A stretch of DNA of 64,000 nt from Roseibacillus sp. (GCA_965242925.1 CBDEUM010000033.1:1-64000); one strand, 5' to 3'; positions 49,998 through 63,044 are shown, numbered from the stretch's first letter. Notes: a model not told the origin generated them from the sequence alone. Numbers and translations: made by a program.

Positions 49998-51044
49998 ATG
50001 AGTGATTTACCAAAGCTTTCCGCTCCCTGGGGAACGCCTTCCAGCGGCCTGTCTCGGCGTTCCACGTTTAAGTGGGCGACCGCGGCGGCGGTCGGCGCAG
50101 TGACAACGGCAACCACTACGACCCCGGCTACCGCTGCTCCTCGCAAAGCCGACGCCCGGCGCAGTTCACCGAAACGCTACCGGATGAAGAAGTCCATCAA
50201 CCAGTGGGCCTTCCCTTACCCCGAGAAGATGAACCTGCGGGAATGCCTGCAACTGGCCAAGGACGCAGGATTCGACGGCATCGAACTGAACTACGACCTC
50301 GATAATGATCTTTCCCCTAAAAGCGGAACCAAGGAGTACCATGCCATCCGTAAAATGGCCGATGAGATCGGGATCGCCATAAGCGGACTCTGCTCCTTCC
50401 TCTTCTGGCCCTATCCGTTGACCAGCAATGACCCAGAGGAGAGAAAACGGGGGATGGAATTGGCGGGCCTCATGACCAAAGCTGCCCACGATCTCGGTGT
50501 GGAAAACCTGCTCGTCGTCCCCGGTGCAGTCCACATGCCGTGGCGCGAAGACCATGACCCCACCCCCAACGACCTCTGCGACAGGCGCGCCCGCGAGGCC
50601 ATTGGCAAACTTCTTCCGACCGCTGAAAAGCTGAAGGTGAAACTCAACATGGAGAACATCTTCTTCAATGGTTTCCTGCTATCGCCCGAGGAAATGAACA
50701 ACTTCGTCGACCCCTTCGACAGCGAGTACGTAAATGTGCATTTCGACACCGGTAACATCATGATCTTCCAGTTTCCGGAGCATTGGATCCGCCAACTCGG
50801 CAAACGTATCAGCAACGTCCACCTCAAGGAATTTTCCAAGAAAGGCACCGACTACTCCCTGGAGTCCTTTCGCCCCCTCCTCGACGGCACCACGGACTGG
50901 CCCGCAGTGATCGAGGCCTTCGACGCAACAGGCTACGATGGCTACCTGACCTTCGAATATTTCCACCCCTACCCTCATTACCCCGAGGCCCTCATTCATC
51001 AAACCGCCGATTCGCTCGACCGCATGCTCGGCATCCATTCATGA
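49998..51044 (+). CDS. Tat-exported sugar phosphate isomerase/epimerase (TIM barrel)
   Basis: SRRSTFKW + Ala-rich signal; AGFDGIEL, MENI, HFDTGN, VHLKE, LTFE. Confidence 0.85.
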   Translation: MSDLPKLSAPWGTPSSGLSRRSTFKWATAAAVGAVTTATTTTPATAAPRKADARRSSPKRYRMKKSINQWAFPYPEKMNLRECLQLAKDAGFDGIELNYDLDNDLSPKSGTKEYHAIRKMADEIGIAISGLCSFLFWPYPLTSNDPEERKRGMELAGLMTKAAHDLGVENLLVVPGAVHMPWREDHDPTPNDLCDRRAREAIGKLLPTAEKLKVKLNMENIFFNGFLLSPEEMNNFVDPFDSEYVNVHFDTGNIMIFQFPEHWIRQLGKRISNVHLKEFSKKGTDYSLESFRPLLDGTTDWPAVIEAFDATGYDGYLTFEYFHPYPHYPEALIHQTADSLDRMLGIHS

Positions 51045-51410
51045 CCCTGGCAAGGACTCGTCTCTCCATCCTGCCATGGCACTTTCCATCTGCCTCCTCT
51101 CTGAACCCCCTCCAACCCCGGCGCATGGACCGCCCCAAAAAGGGAATTCCTGGCAGGAATCAGTAAGGATCACTCTGTCGCCTGTCGCTCGCAATACGGG
51201 GTGAGGCTGATGACGATCGTGCGTCCGCGCCCTTGCCAAGGATTCCCTCGCCGGAGAACTGTGCCGTCTTCCCGGCAGCAGGACCCTTGATTACTACCAG
51301 CCGCGGCATGGAGCACCGCCCCTGCAAGAGAGAACCCTGCTACGGCTTCCCAACCTGCAATCTCGCGCCATAAGGGCAGCATCAGGGCTCCCCCCACTCC
51401 ACCGGCTGTC

Positions 51411-51438
51411 TTGCCAACTCTCCCCGATGGCGTAGAAT
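51411..51438 (+). promoter_or_regulatory. Probable sigma70-type promoter of tRNA-Arg
   Basis: TTGCCA-16 nt-TAGAAT, ending 9 nt before the tRNA. Confidence 0.45.
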
Positions 51439-51447
51439 CCTGCCCAC

Positions 51448-51521
51448 GCTCCCGTAGCTCAGTTGGATAGAGCAACGGATTTCTAATCCGTAGGTCGCAG
51501 GTTCAAATCCTGCCGGGAGTG
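51448..51521 (+). tRNA. tRNA-Arg(TCT)
   Basis: GCTCCCG acceptor stem; TAGCTCAGTTGGATAGAGC; anticodon arm ACGGA-TTTCTAA-TCCGT; GTTCAAATC. Confidence 0.96.
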
Positions 51522-51597
51522 CCCTCGTCCATTCATAGTCTGCAACGTGCAGCATGCTGGCCATGGGAGGCAATCCTCTGAGCACTGAAACTTTCCT

Positions 51598-52353
51598 CTG
51601 AGCACACCCCGAAATCACCCCGGTCTCCTCATCGTCCTGGAAGGCATCGACGGCACGGGCAAGTCGACCCAGGCCGGACTCCTTGCCAAGGCCCTGCGCC
51701 AGGAGGGACGCCGCGTGATTCTCTCCCGCGAACCCACCGACGGACCATTCGGCCGCAAGCTCCGGGAGTCAGCCACCAGCGGGCGGCTCTCTCCCGAGGA
51801 GGAACTTCAACTCTTTCACCAGGACCGGCGTGAGCACGTGGAAAAGGTCATCGACCCTGCCCTGCAGGGTGGCGCGATCGTCATCCTCGACCGCTATTAC
51901 TTTTCCACCATGGCCTATCAGGGAGTCCGCGGCTTCGATCCCGGAGAGATCCGCAGGATCAATGAGGAATTTGCACCCCGCCCCGACCTGCTTCTCCTTC
52001 TCGACCTCTCCCTCGACACGGCTCTTGAACGGATTGGCGTCCGCGATGGGCGGGGCAACGAATTCGAACAGCGGGAATCCCTGCAGCTTTGCAGTCAGAT
52101 TTTCCATTCCGTGCAGGACGATTTCCTGCGTGTGATCGATGCGGATCAAGCCATCGAGGAGATCCACGGAGCCATCATGGCCGCGGTCCAGGACCTGCTC
52201 CAGTCCCCTCCCGATAGGACGGTCCCGGATTCCTGCTACTCTATCCCCGCGGGTTCCTCCTTGAAATACACCTCGCGAGGTTTCGCTCCGTCTGCCGGAC
52301 CCACGATCCCGCGCTGCTCAAGGATATCTACCATGCGGGCGGCACGGGTATAG
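51598..52353 (+). CDS. tmk: Thymidylate kinase; start uncertain (CTG?), 3' end overlaps ftsK
   Basis: In frame upstream of ORF 51715: LIVLEGIDGTGKSTQ (P-loop); then SREP, LDRYYFS..AYQG, PDL. In-frame TGA at 51586. Confidence 0.88.
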   Translation: MSTPRNHPGLLIVLEGIDGTGKSTQAGLLAKALRQEGRRVILSREPTDGPFGRKLRESATSGRLSPEEELQLFHQDRREHVEKVIDPALQGGAIVILDRYYFSTMAYQGVRGFDPGEIRRINEEFAPRPDLLLLLDLSLDTALERIGVRDGRGNEFEQRESLQLCSQIFHSVQDDFLRVIDADQAIEEIHGAIMAAVQDLLQSPPDRTVPDSCYSIPAGSSLKYTSRGFAPSAGPTIPRCSRISTMRAARV

Positions 52354-54782
52354 CCCAGACGCAGCCGCCGCTGCAGAAGCGATGTGCTCGCCTTCTGTTC
52401 CTGCATGATGACCTCGAGACACTTCTGGAGAATCTCCTCATCGGCATCGGAAACCTCATCCTCATCACCATCTTCCCCTCCTCCTCCACCCTCAATACTG
52501 GCCTGCACACTTTTCTCGAAACGCTGCTCGCTCTGGTCGGAGCAGAACTCCACCAGGGATTCCACTTCCTCGTCGGAAATCCAGGCGCCCTGGGCCCGGT
52601 CGAGCTTGGCCGAGCCGGGCGGCAGGAAGAGCAGGTCACCCTTGCCTACCAGTTTCTCCGCACCCTTGCCGTCGAGAATAACGCGACTGTCCAGGGCCGA
52701 GGACACCTGAAAGGCGATACGACTCGGGATGTTCGCCTTGATGATCCCGGTCACCACATCGGCCCGCGGCGTCTGAGTGGCTACTATCAGATGGATTCCT
52801 GCCGCCCGAGCCTTCTGTGCAATCCGGGCGATACACATCTCCACATCAGCCGGAGCGGTCTGCATGAGATCAGCCAGTTCATCGATAATCACCACAATGT
52901 AGGGGAAACGGTCGGGGATCTCTTCTTCCTCTTCCCAGTCTCCATCCACCGGCCCCAGTTCCCCATCCTCCAGCGCCGCTGCAATCGACTCAACCTGCTC
53001 CTCATCGACGATTTCCTCTTCCTCTTCACAGTCCTCCTCCGCTGCATCAAGTCCGTATTCCCCCTCGTCGCGCACCCGGTTGTTGAAGGAATCGAAGTTC
53101 CGAACACCTTCTTTGGCGAAGATCTTGTAGCGCCGCTCCATTTCATTGACGCACCACTTGAGCGCACCCACCACCTTACGCGGATCAGTAACGACCGGCA
53201 CCACGAGGTGCGGAAGAGCTGAATAGATCTGCATTTCAACCACTTTCGGGTCAATCATGATGAACCGCAGCTCGTCTGGACCGAACTTGAAGAGAATACT
53301 TGAGATGATTGAGTTGATACAGACCGACTTGCCGGATCCGGTGGCGCCCGCCACCAGAAGGTGTGGCATGGCTGCGAGATCGCCGATGACCGCCTTGCCA
53401 TAGACATCCTTGCCCAGAGCGAGAGGGATCTTGCGCTTGGAGCTGCGGAACTCGTCGTCCTGCAGCAGTTCCCGCAGGGCCACGGGCATCCGCGAGTCAT
53501 TGGCAATCTCGATTCCCACCGTATCCTTGCCGGGAATAGGGGCGAGAATGTTGATCCGCTCCGCCTTGGTCGCCCGCGCCAGGTCCGGTTCCAACTGTGC
53601 GATCCGGCTCACCCGCAGGCCAACGCTCGGGTAAACCTCGTAACGGGTGATGGTCGGGCCACGGGTGATGTCGCCAGCTGTCACATCCACTCCGAACGCC
53701 TTGAGAGTCTCCACGATCTTGGTTTGCTGCGCAATGAGGACATCAGTGTTGTCCTCGGTTGGGGAATCCTCCTCCTCATATTCCAGCAGATCGAACCCGG
53801 GCAGTTCGTAATCCTCGAAACCTTCCGTGCTGAGGGCGGCATGCTGTTTGGGTTTCTTGCGCTCGAAGGGTTTGGCTCCAGCCTCAATGGTGGGCCTGAT
53901 GCGCTGGGTGGCATCAATGATCTGCGGTTCGGGAAGTTCCTGCAGGGGCAAGTGGGACTGCCCTTCCTCGTCCTCTTCGAAATCGGCTTCCGCCTCACTC
54001 TCCCACTGCTCCTCCTCGTCTGCTTCCACCAGAGGTTTCCGGTCCTTCACCTTCTTTTTCCGGGACGCCGACTTCTCCTTCGAAGACGACCGCGGCCTGT
54101 CCGATCTGCTCTTTTCCTCCACCCGTGCAGCCCAGGCTTCACGGATCTCACCACTCTTTTCGACAATCCAGCGGCACAGTTCCTTGACGAACTTGATGGG
54201 GTGCGCTCCCAGCAGGGTGAAAAAACTCAACCAGTAGATCATCCCGAGCAGGATGATCGAGCCCAGACTGTTGAGCAGTCCCTTGAATACCACTATGCCC
54301 AGTCCCTCTCCAATCACTCCACCCGTCCCGGCAATCAGGTATGTCGTCTGCCAACTCGTAAAGAAGCTGTCCTGCACCGCCACCAGGCTCGCACCACTGA
54401 CCAGGCAGACCGCAAATCCAATCCAGGTTCGCATGCTGAAGGACGCATCCAGAAAGAGACGCGCCACGCCCAGCCAGATCAATCCCAGCGGAAGCAGATA
54501 GGCCGCCACCCCAAAGAGCTGAATCTGGCCGAAACCGATCAGGCTCCCCACCGGCCCAATCCAGTTGTCCCGGGGATGATTTGCTTCCATTCCCAGGGCG
54601 AAGTCCCCCAGAAGCGTCCAATCGGTGAACGGAAACTTGATCGGCAGATCCCCCGGGGTGTACGAAATGAGCGACAGGAGCAGGAGCACGCCCGTTCCTG
54701 CAAGCAAGATGCCCATCCCCTCACTCGACCAACGAGACTCGTCGGCGCCCTTCCGCTTCGACTTGTTCCTGGATCTCGCCAT
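52236..54782 (-). CDS. ftsK: DNA translocase FtsK/SpoIIIE
   Basis: N-terminal TM segments; PHLLVAGATGSGKS, IIDELADLM, KARAAGIH, gamma domain STSLLQRRLRLGYTRAAR. Confidence 0.95.
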   Translation of the reverse strand: MARSRNKSKRKGADESRWSSEGMGILLAGTGVLLLLSLISYTPGDLPIKFPFTDWTLLGDFALGMEANHPRDNWIGPVGSLIGFGQIQLFGVAAYLLPLGLIWLGVARLFLDASFSMRTWIGFAVCLVSGASLVAVQDSFFTSWQTTYLIAGTGGVIGEGLGIVVFKGLLNSLGSIILLGMIYWLSFFTLLGAHPIKFVKELCRWIVEKSGEIREAWAARVEEKSRSDRPRSSSKEKSASRKKKVKDRKPLVEADEEEQWESEAEADFEEDEEGQSHLPLQELPEPQIIDATQRIRPTIEAGAKPFERKKPKQHAALSTEGFEDYELPGFDLLEYEEEDSPTEDNTDVLIAQQTKIVETLKAFGVDVTAGDITRGPTITRYEVYPSVGLRVSRIAQLEPDLARATKAERINILAPIPGKDTVGIEIANDSRMPVALRELLQDDEFRSSKRKIPLALGKDVYGKAVIGDLAAMPHLLVAGATGSGKSVCINSIISSILFKFGPDELRFIMIDPKVVEMQIYSALPHLVVPVVTDPRKVVGALKWCVNEMERRYKIFAKEGVRNFDSFNNRVRDEGEYGLDAAEEDCEEEEEIVDEEQVESIAAALEDGELGPVDGDWEEEEEIPDRFPYIVVIIDELADLMQTAPADVEMCIARIAQKARAAGIHLIVATQTPRADVVTGIIKANIPSRIAFQVSSALDSRVILDGKGAEKLVGKGDLLFLPPGSAKLDRAQGAWISDEEVESLVEFCSDQSEQRFEKSVQASIEGGGGGEDGDEDEVSDADEEILQKCLEVIMQEQKASTSLLQRRLRLGYTRAARMVDILEQRGIVGPADGAKPREVYFKEEPAGIE

Positions 54783-54942
54783 AAATTTTTACACAGAGCC
54801 GCGAAAAGGATTCCGCTTCATGCATAGAATCCCCTAAAATCAAAGGGTGAACAAGATTGAATGACAGTTTTTTTTATTTTCAAGAAACCTTAAGGATATT
54901 GCCCTCTTCGCTCCCTTTCCCCGCCTCTTTCTTCCCGACCTG

Positions 54943-55632
54943 ATGCGCCTCCTCCTCCTCTTCCTGAAAGAACCCCTCCCTGGCGAGGTCAAAACCCGGT
55001 TGGCCGCCACCGTGGGTGCGGAACAGGCGGCGACCGTCTACCGTGCAATGGTGCGCCTTCTCCTCATGCAGTTAAGCGGACTGGAACAGTGCCACCTGCG
55101 CTTCTGCTACACACCCGACGACGCCCACGATGCCATCCGCTTCTGGATCCTGCCCGAGATCATGGACACGCCGGAGATTAAACTGAACCTGGAGCACATT
55201 GACTTCCGAGCCCAGGGCGGAGGTGACCTGGGAGCTCGCCTCACCCGCGCCGCCCGGCAGGCCTTCCAGGAGGGCTACCAGAAGGTCGCCTTCATCGGCA
55301 GTGACTGCATTGAAATTTCCAGCCGGTGGATTCAGGCGGCCTTTGCCCAGCTCAACGACACCCACGACGCGGTCATCGGACCGACCCCGGATGGAGGATA
55401 CCACCTTCTTGGCATGCAGCGTTACCTGCCCGCTCTCTTCGACAGAATTCCGTGGAGCACCCCGGTCACCTGCCAGATCACTACCGAGCGGGCGGCCGAA
55501 GAGGGTATTTCCCTCTATACGCTCCCTTCCCTGCCCGACATCGATACCGAAGAGGACTACAAATCCACCCTGGTCGGCCCGCTGGGGCCCCGCCTGCAAA
55601 AGATCGTGGAGAGCCTGGGAAAGAAGTCTTGA
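54943..55632 (+). CDS. DUF2064 / TIGR04282-like nucleotide-diphospho-sugar transferase
   Basis: KEPLPGEVKTRL, QGGGDLGARL, IGSDC, IGPTPDGGYHLLG, IPWST, DIDT. Confidence 0.85.
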   Translation: MRLLLLFLKEPLPGEVKTRLAATVGAEQAATVYRAMVRLLLMQLSGLEQCHLRFCYTPDDAHDAIRFWILPEIMDTPEIKLNLEHIDFRAQGGGDLGARLTRAARQAFQEGYQKVAFIGSDCIEISSRWIQAAFAQLNDTHDAVIGPTPDGGYHLLGMQRYLPALFDRIPWSTPVTCQITTERAAEEGISLYTLPSLPDIDTEEDYKSTLVGPLGPRLQKIVESLGKKS

Positions 55633-55864
55633 GAGGTTGCCCCCTTGGGCAGCGACAATACGACCGGGAAATCCCCCTCCCCTTCAATCACAATCCGTCC
55701 GGTGCCCCCCGCCAGTTTTCACCCGGAGCCCGGACTGAAGGCTGGATTCGACCCGGCAGACTCCCCCTGCGGAGCGATCGACGGCACTGATCCTCTCCCG
55801 GTCCGTTATCATTGTCACCGCTTGCCTCTTGGCAATTACCGCCCACCGTGTTCAATCCATTGGT

Positions 55865-56797
55865 GTGCAGCCGATCACCTTTCAACCACTCTACATGACC
55901 CGAGTGTGGGGTGGCCGGACGCTGGAGGAAGTTTATTCCAGGGACCTGCCCGATTCCCAACCCTACGGCGAATCATGGGAAATCACGGATCGCAGCAATG
56001 AACAATCCGTGGTGACCGCCGGGGAAATGGCAGGACTCACCCTGCACGATCTCTGGACGCAGCGACGCGAGGAAATCTTTGGCGAGGGACTGCAAGGCGA
56101 ACGGTTCCCCCTCCTCATCAAGATTCTCGATGCCCGCCATGACCTCTCCATCCAGGTTCATCCTCCCGCAAAAGTCGCTCCCCGTCTGGGTGGCGAACCG
56201 AAAACGGAGATGTGGTACATTGCCGATGCCCTTCCCGGTGCCAGACTCTATCTCGGCCTCAGGAACGGGGTGACGCGCCAGCAGTTTGAAACCGCGCTCA
56301 CGGAAGGGACGGTCGACCAGGTTGTCCACGCCGTGGAACCCCGGACCGGACAGTCCATCTTCATTCCCTCCGGTCGCCTCCATTCCATCGGGGCCGGGTT
56401 CCTGATCTACGAGATTCAGCAGAACTCCGACACCACCTATCGTGTCTTCGACTGGAACCGGATCGGTCTGGACGGCAATCCGCGTGACTTGCACATCCCG
56501 GAATCGCTGGACTGCATCGACTTTCACGACCAGGAACCCGGGATGGACACACCCGACGGCAGCACCCTGGCAAAATGTGATCACTTTACGGTCGATCAAC
56601 TGGACCTCCCTGCTGGAGCGGCCATCGGCAATCCTGATTCCGATCGCTTTTCAATCATCACGGTGGTGAAGGGTGCCTTGCACGACCGCGATGACCGCTC
56701 CTTCACAGCGGGAAACTGTCTCCTGCTCCCCCGTGGGGCGGATCAACTGGAATCCTCCTCCGCAACCTCCCTGCTGCAAACCACTATTCCCTGCTGA
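55865..56797 (+). CDS. manA: Mannose-6-phosphate isomerase, class I
   Basis: RVWGG, GESWEI, PLLIKILDA..LSIQVHP, KTEMWY, HSIG, EIQQNSDTTYR. Confidence 0.9.
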   Translation: MQPITFQPLYMTRVWGGRTLEEVYSRDLPDSQPYGESWEITDRSNEQSVVTAGEMAGLTLHDLWTQRREEIFGEGLQGERFPLLIKILDARHDLSIQVHPPAKVAPRLGGEPKTEMWYIADALPGARLYLGLRNGVTRQQFETALTEGTVDQVVHAVEPRTGQSIFIPSGRLHSIGAGFLIYEIQQNSDTTYRVFDWNRIGLDGNPRDLHIPESLDCIDFHDQEPGMDTPDGSTLAKCDHFTVDQLDLPAGAAIGNPDSDRFSIITVVKGALHDRDDRSFTAGNCLLLPRGADQLESSSATSLLQTTIPC

Positions 56798-56954
56798 AAC
56801 CTTCCAGCAGGGCCGGCCTCCCCGTCATTGTCCAGGCCTGCTCCCTGTTCCCGCCCTCTCTCGCCCTTCAATCCGGTTACCGGGCGGCCTTTCGACAAAT
56901 CAAACCCTCGGAGACATCCCGGACATTCCCCCCTCGAGGAGTCCCCGGACATCC

Positions 56955-57812
56955 TCAGTCCGGGAACACAATAGCACGATGTCCATCCAGGATGATGCGG
57001 TCGTGCACGTGATAGCGAATGCCTCTGGCGAGGGCTGACCGCTCGCAATCCCGGCCTAGTCGGATGAGGTCGTGCACGGAGTGGTAATGTTGCACCCTCT
57101 CCACTTCCTGGTCGATGATGGGACCTGCATCCAGGTCCTCCGTCACGTAGTGACAGGTCGCTCCGATCAACTTCACCCCGCGCTCAAAGGCCTTGCGGTA
57201 GGGATTGGCCCCCGCGAAAGCCGGCAGGAAGCTATGATGGATGTTGATCATGCGACCTTCGTAGGATCCGCACAACCACCCGGGAACGACCTGCATGAAC
57301 CGCGCGAGAACGACCAGTTCGACCGACTGCTCCTGCAGCAGTTTCTCGATCTTTCGGAACCCGGGCTCCTTGTCCTCTCCAATTTCGACGAAATGAAAGG
57401 GAATGCCCGCCTTTTCCGCAATCGGCCGGCAGTCTTCACGGTTTCCAATGATGGAGGTGATCTCCACGGGGACTTCCCCGAGTTGCGCCCGCCAGAGAAT
57501 CTCGTTGAGGCAGTGATCGGTGCGCGTCACCAGCACTGCGGTGCGCATGCGATAGGGAAGTCGTCGAAAGTGCCAGCGGGCCTCCAGCGCGCGTCCCAGT
57601 GTCCCGAAACCACTCACAAAGTCGTCCGTCTCCACATCCAGTCCGGAGGTATCGACTTCAAGACGGGCAAAGAATTTCTGGTTCGCCGTATCCGTAAACT
57701 GGTTGAACTCCACCAGGTTGCCCTCGTGATCTGATACGTATCCCGCAATCCGCGCCACCAACCCGGGGCGGTCCGGACAGTCAATCTTCAGAATCAGTCC
57801 CTCTCTGGTCAT
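56955..57812 (-). CDS. purU: Formyltetrahydrofolate deformylase
   Basis: ACT domain CPDRPGLV; LARFMQ, INIHHSFLPAF, GVKLIGATCHYVT, GPII. Confidence 0.95.
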   Translation of the reverse strand: MTREGLILKIDCPDRPGLVARIAGYVSDHEGNLVEFNQFTDTANQKFFARLEVDTSGLDVETDDFVSGFGTLGRALEARWHFRRLPYRMRTAVLVTRTDHCLNEILWRAQLGEVPVEITSIIGNREDCRPIAEKAGIPFHFVEIGEDKEPGFRKIEKLLQEQSVELVVLARFMQVVPGWLCGSYEGRMINIHHSFLPAFAGANPYRKAFERGVKLIGATCHYVTEDLDAGPIIDQEVERVQHYHSVHDLIRLGRDCERSALARGIRYHVHDRIILDGHRAIVFPD

Positions 57813-57816
57813 GAGA

Positions 57817-58716
57817 TTACTTGCCTCTAATCAGAGTTCGGGCGCGCTTGCGGGCCAAGGCGAGGAAATCCCTGGCAACGGGTTTCAGACCCTCCTGGTA
57901 AATCGCTCCAACCACCACCGGAGGAAAGCCGGTAAGCCGGATCTTGCGCAGCCCTTCCGGCGGTTCCTTCTCCGGAATGTCCACTCCCATTCCCACCCCG
58001 AAGCCCCGCACCACGTAATCCCCGATCAGTTCCAGGGAATCCACCTCCATGCTGGGAACCATGTCAATGCCGCGCTCATTAAACGCCTCCGTGAAGATCT
58101 TGCCCAGGATCTCGTGGGGAGGCAGCCCCACCAGCGGATATTTCGAGATCTTGCCCTTTGAATACGGGTCATCCTCCAGCATGTCTCTCAAGCGCCGGAT
58201 CTTACCTTTCTCCGGCACCAACAGCACGAGAGGGACCTTGAGCAGTTCCACCGACTGCAAGCCCTCCATGTGACGGCCGTAAATGATGCTGATCGCAAGA
58301 TCGATCTGTTGATTGAGGAGAAGGCCGTGAATATCCGAGGGCTGCACCTCCCGCAGAGTAAAACGGACATCCGGTTCCTCCCTCCGCATCTCGCCCAGAA
58401 GATCAGGAAAATGATTACGTATCGCTGATGCCGAGGCGGCAATCCGCAGATGAAGACTCTCCTCACCCTTCAGGCAGGCCTCCATCTCCCCAAGACGGGA
58501 AAAGAACGGATAGAGGAAATCATAGAGTTCATTCCCCGCCGGCGTGAGCGCGAAGGGCCTCCGATTGAACAGTTTCACACCCAGATCCCGCTCCAACTGC
58601 AGGATCTGTCCACTCACCGCCGGCTGCTGGATGCCGTAGGGCATTTTCCGGACGGCCGCCGTGATCCCCTCGTATTTGGCAACGAAGTAGAACAGCTCAA
58701 GATGGTGGATGTTCAT
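57817..58716 (-). CDS. LysR family transcriptional regulator
   Basis: MNIHHLELF...ITAA...QPAVSGQI..LE..LG..LF.R..LTPAG. Confidence 0.9.
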   Translation of the reverse strand: MNIHHLELFYFVAKYEGITAAVRKMPYGIQQPAVSGQILQLERDLGVKLFNRRPFALTPAGNELYDFLYPFFSRLGEMEACLKGEESLHLRIAASASAIRNHFPDLLGEMRREEPDVRFTLREVQPSDIHGLLLNQQIDLAISIIYGRHMEGLQSVELLKVPLVLLVPEKGKIRRLRDMLEDDPYSKGKISKYPLVGLPPHEILGKIFTEAFNERGIDMVPSMEVDSLELIGDYVVRGFGVGMGVDIPEKEPPEGLRKIRLTGFPPVVVGAIYQEGLKPVARDFLALARKRARTLIRGK

Positions 58717-58970
58717 TCCGTCCCGATGGGTAGCACCTTTGATCATCAGTTCAATCAATACTTCCGCGACTTCGATTGGATTGCGAGGCTCCCGAATTCC
58801 CCGTCATCCATGACCCTCCGCTCCCCGCCCATCTGAACTCCTCGCCCTCCCGGGGAGCCTCTTCATCTGGGGCGTCGGGCACCTCTTTCTGCCCGGACCG
58901 CTCAGCCCCCTCTTTCGAGTTTCCCGTTCAGAGAGCTTGAACCCTGCAACCTGGGACTGAAACTCCGGGC

Positions 58971-59423
58971 ATGCGTGCCGTCATTCAACGCGTTTCCAGA
59001 GCCTCCGTCACCGTTGAGGAAGCACCCGTCTCCGCCATCGGCTCAGGCCTCCTGATCCTCCTTGGAATCGAAGAAATTGACGGGGAAGAGGATGTCGAGT
59101 GGCTCGCACGCAAGATCACCGGCATGCGCATTTTCGAAGACGGGGAAGGCCGGATGAATCGCTCCCTCCTCGACACCGGAGGCGAAGCGATCGTGGTGAG
59201 CCAGTTCACCCTGCATGCCAGCACGAAAAAAGGCAATCGACCCTCCTTTATCAGAGCCGCCCCACCGGAACATTCCGAACCACTCTACCGACAGTTCTGC
59301 GAATTTCTCTCCGGGTGCCTGGACAGGGAGGTGGGGCGCGGCCGCTTCGGGGCCATGATGGAGGTCACCCTCACCAATGACGGACCAGTCACCATCGTGA
59401 TCGACTCGCGGGGCCGGGAATAA
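58971..59423 (+). CDS. dtd: D-aminoacyl-tRNA deacylase
   Basis: [31 protein letters not shown]. Confidence 0.96.
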   Translation: MRAVIQRVSRASVTVEEAPVSAIGSGLLILLGIEEIDGEEDVEWLARKITGMRIFEDGEGRMNRSLLDTGGEAIVVSQFTLHASTKKGNRPSFIRAAPPEHSEPLYRQFCEFLSGCLDREVGRGRFGAMMEVTLTNDGPVTIVIDSRGRE

Positions 59424-59445
59424 TCCACGATTTCCGCTGACCACC

Positions 59446-60327
59446 CTAGTCCTTCAGCCGGGTCTTGGTTCCACAGAGCATGCAGCGATAGTTGGCAAAG
59501 ATGACCGCATTGCGAGCCACCGCAAAGGTGTGCCCAAGGATGGATCTCCCGGCCCGCACGTGCTTACCGCACTTCTTGGGCACGAACAACCTCTGGCCAC
59601 AGAGCCGGCAACGCGCCTTCGTGCCCTGTGCGAGATAGAGGATGAGGCAAAAGGGGAAGACGAGAAAAAGCAACGTAATGCTCCAGTGAAACTGAACCTT
59701 AAGAAAGAGCACCATGATTCCAATCGTCACCAGGGCCAGGACCGCCATGATCGACAGTAACATGACCGCTACCGTCACCAGGGCAGCCCATCTCACCAAT
59801 GCCGCGTCGGGGTGCGACATGCCCCGGTTGCGCCGCTCTCCCCGCAAGCTGACATCCCGCCGCTCCTCCAGGGTCTGAAAGGCAATGTCTGGCTCCTTGG
59901 ATTCCACGGTTTCGCTATCCCGGGGGGAAAATTCCCTGAGATTTTCCCGGCCTTCCAACCCGGTTTTCCTGACAACCTCGACCGCACGGTCCCCGGGAGG
60001 GGACTCTTCCAGCACCTTGGCGACCGGCACCGAGGAAAGCTCGATTCCAGCTCCCTGCAGGCTGTCCAGCGAAACCTCCTTCGCCTCCGGGGCAGGAACC
60101 ACGGCCTGCTTGCGCAAAAGATCACGACCAGTGCTCTGCCAGGCCTTTACCAGTTCCGCCGACGGGCCCTGCCCGGGCACCGCAAGACGCCTGCCGGCTT
60201 GATCGAGCCGTGTCATGATTTCCTCAGCCTCCAGGGAGGTCAGCAGCTCTACGGTATCCAGCTCCGCCTCGCGAAGAAGCGGGAGGACAGAATCTGTAAT
60301 GCCTGGAACTTCAGAGATATCCCCCAT
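59446..60327 (-). CDS. Hypothetical membrane protein (HhH-like N-terminus, C-terminal Cys/His cluster)
   Basis: ISEVPGI N-terminus; two TM segments; CRLC...C..H...H...CMLC. Confidence 0.65.
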   Translation of the reverse strand: MGDISEVPGITDSVLPLLREAELDTVELLTSLEAEEIMTRLDQAGRRLAVPGQGPSAELVKAWQSTGRDLLRKQAVVPAPEAKEVSLDSLQGAGIELSSVPVAKVLEESPPGDRAVEVVRKTGLEGRENLREFSPRDSETVESKEPDIAFQTLEERRDVSLRGERRNRGMSHPDAALVRWAALVTVAVMLLSIMAVLALVTIGIMVLFLKVQFHWSITLLFLVFPFCLILYLAQGTKARCRLCGQRLFVPKKCGKHVRAGRSILGHTFAVARNAVIFANYRCMLCGTKTRLKD

Positions 60328-60377
60328 CGCAGTCGTGCCTCCTCAAAACGTGCCTTATGGGCGGAACTAATCAAGAG

Positions 60378-63044
<2,667 letters not shown>

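Noticed and set aside
54943..55632. Arsenosugar biosynthesis cluster
   Set aside because: The usual partners (radical SAM ArsS, second glycosyltransferase, ArsM) are absent from the neighbourhood.
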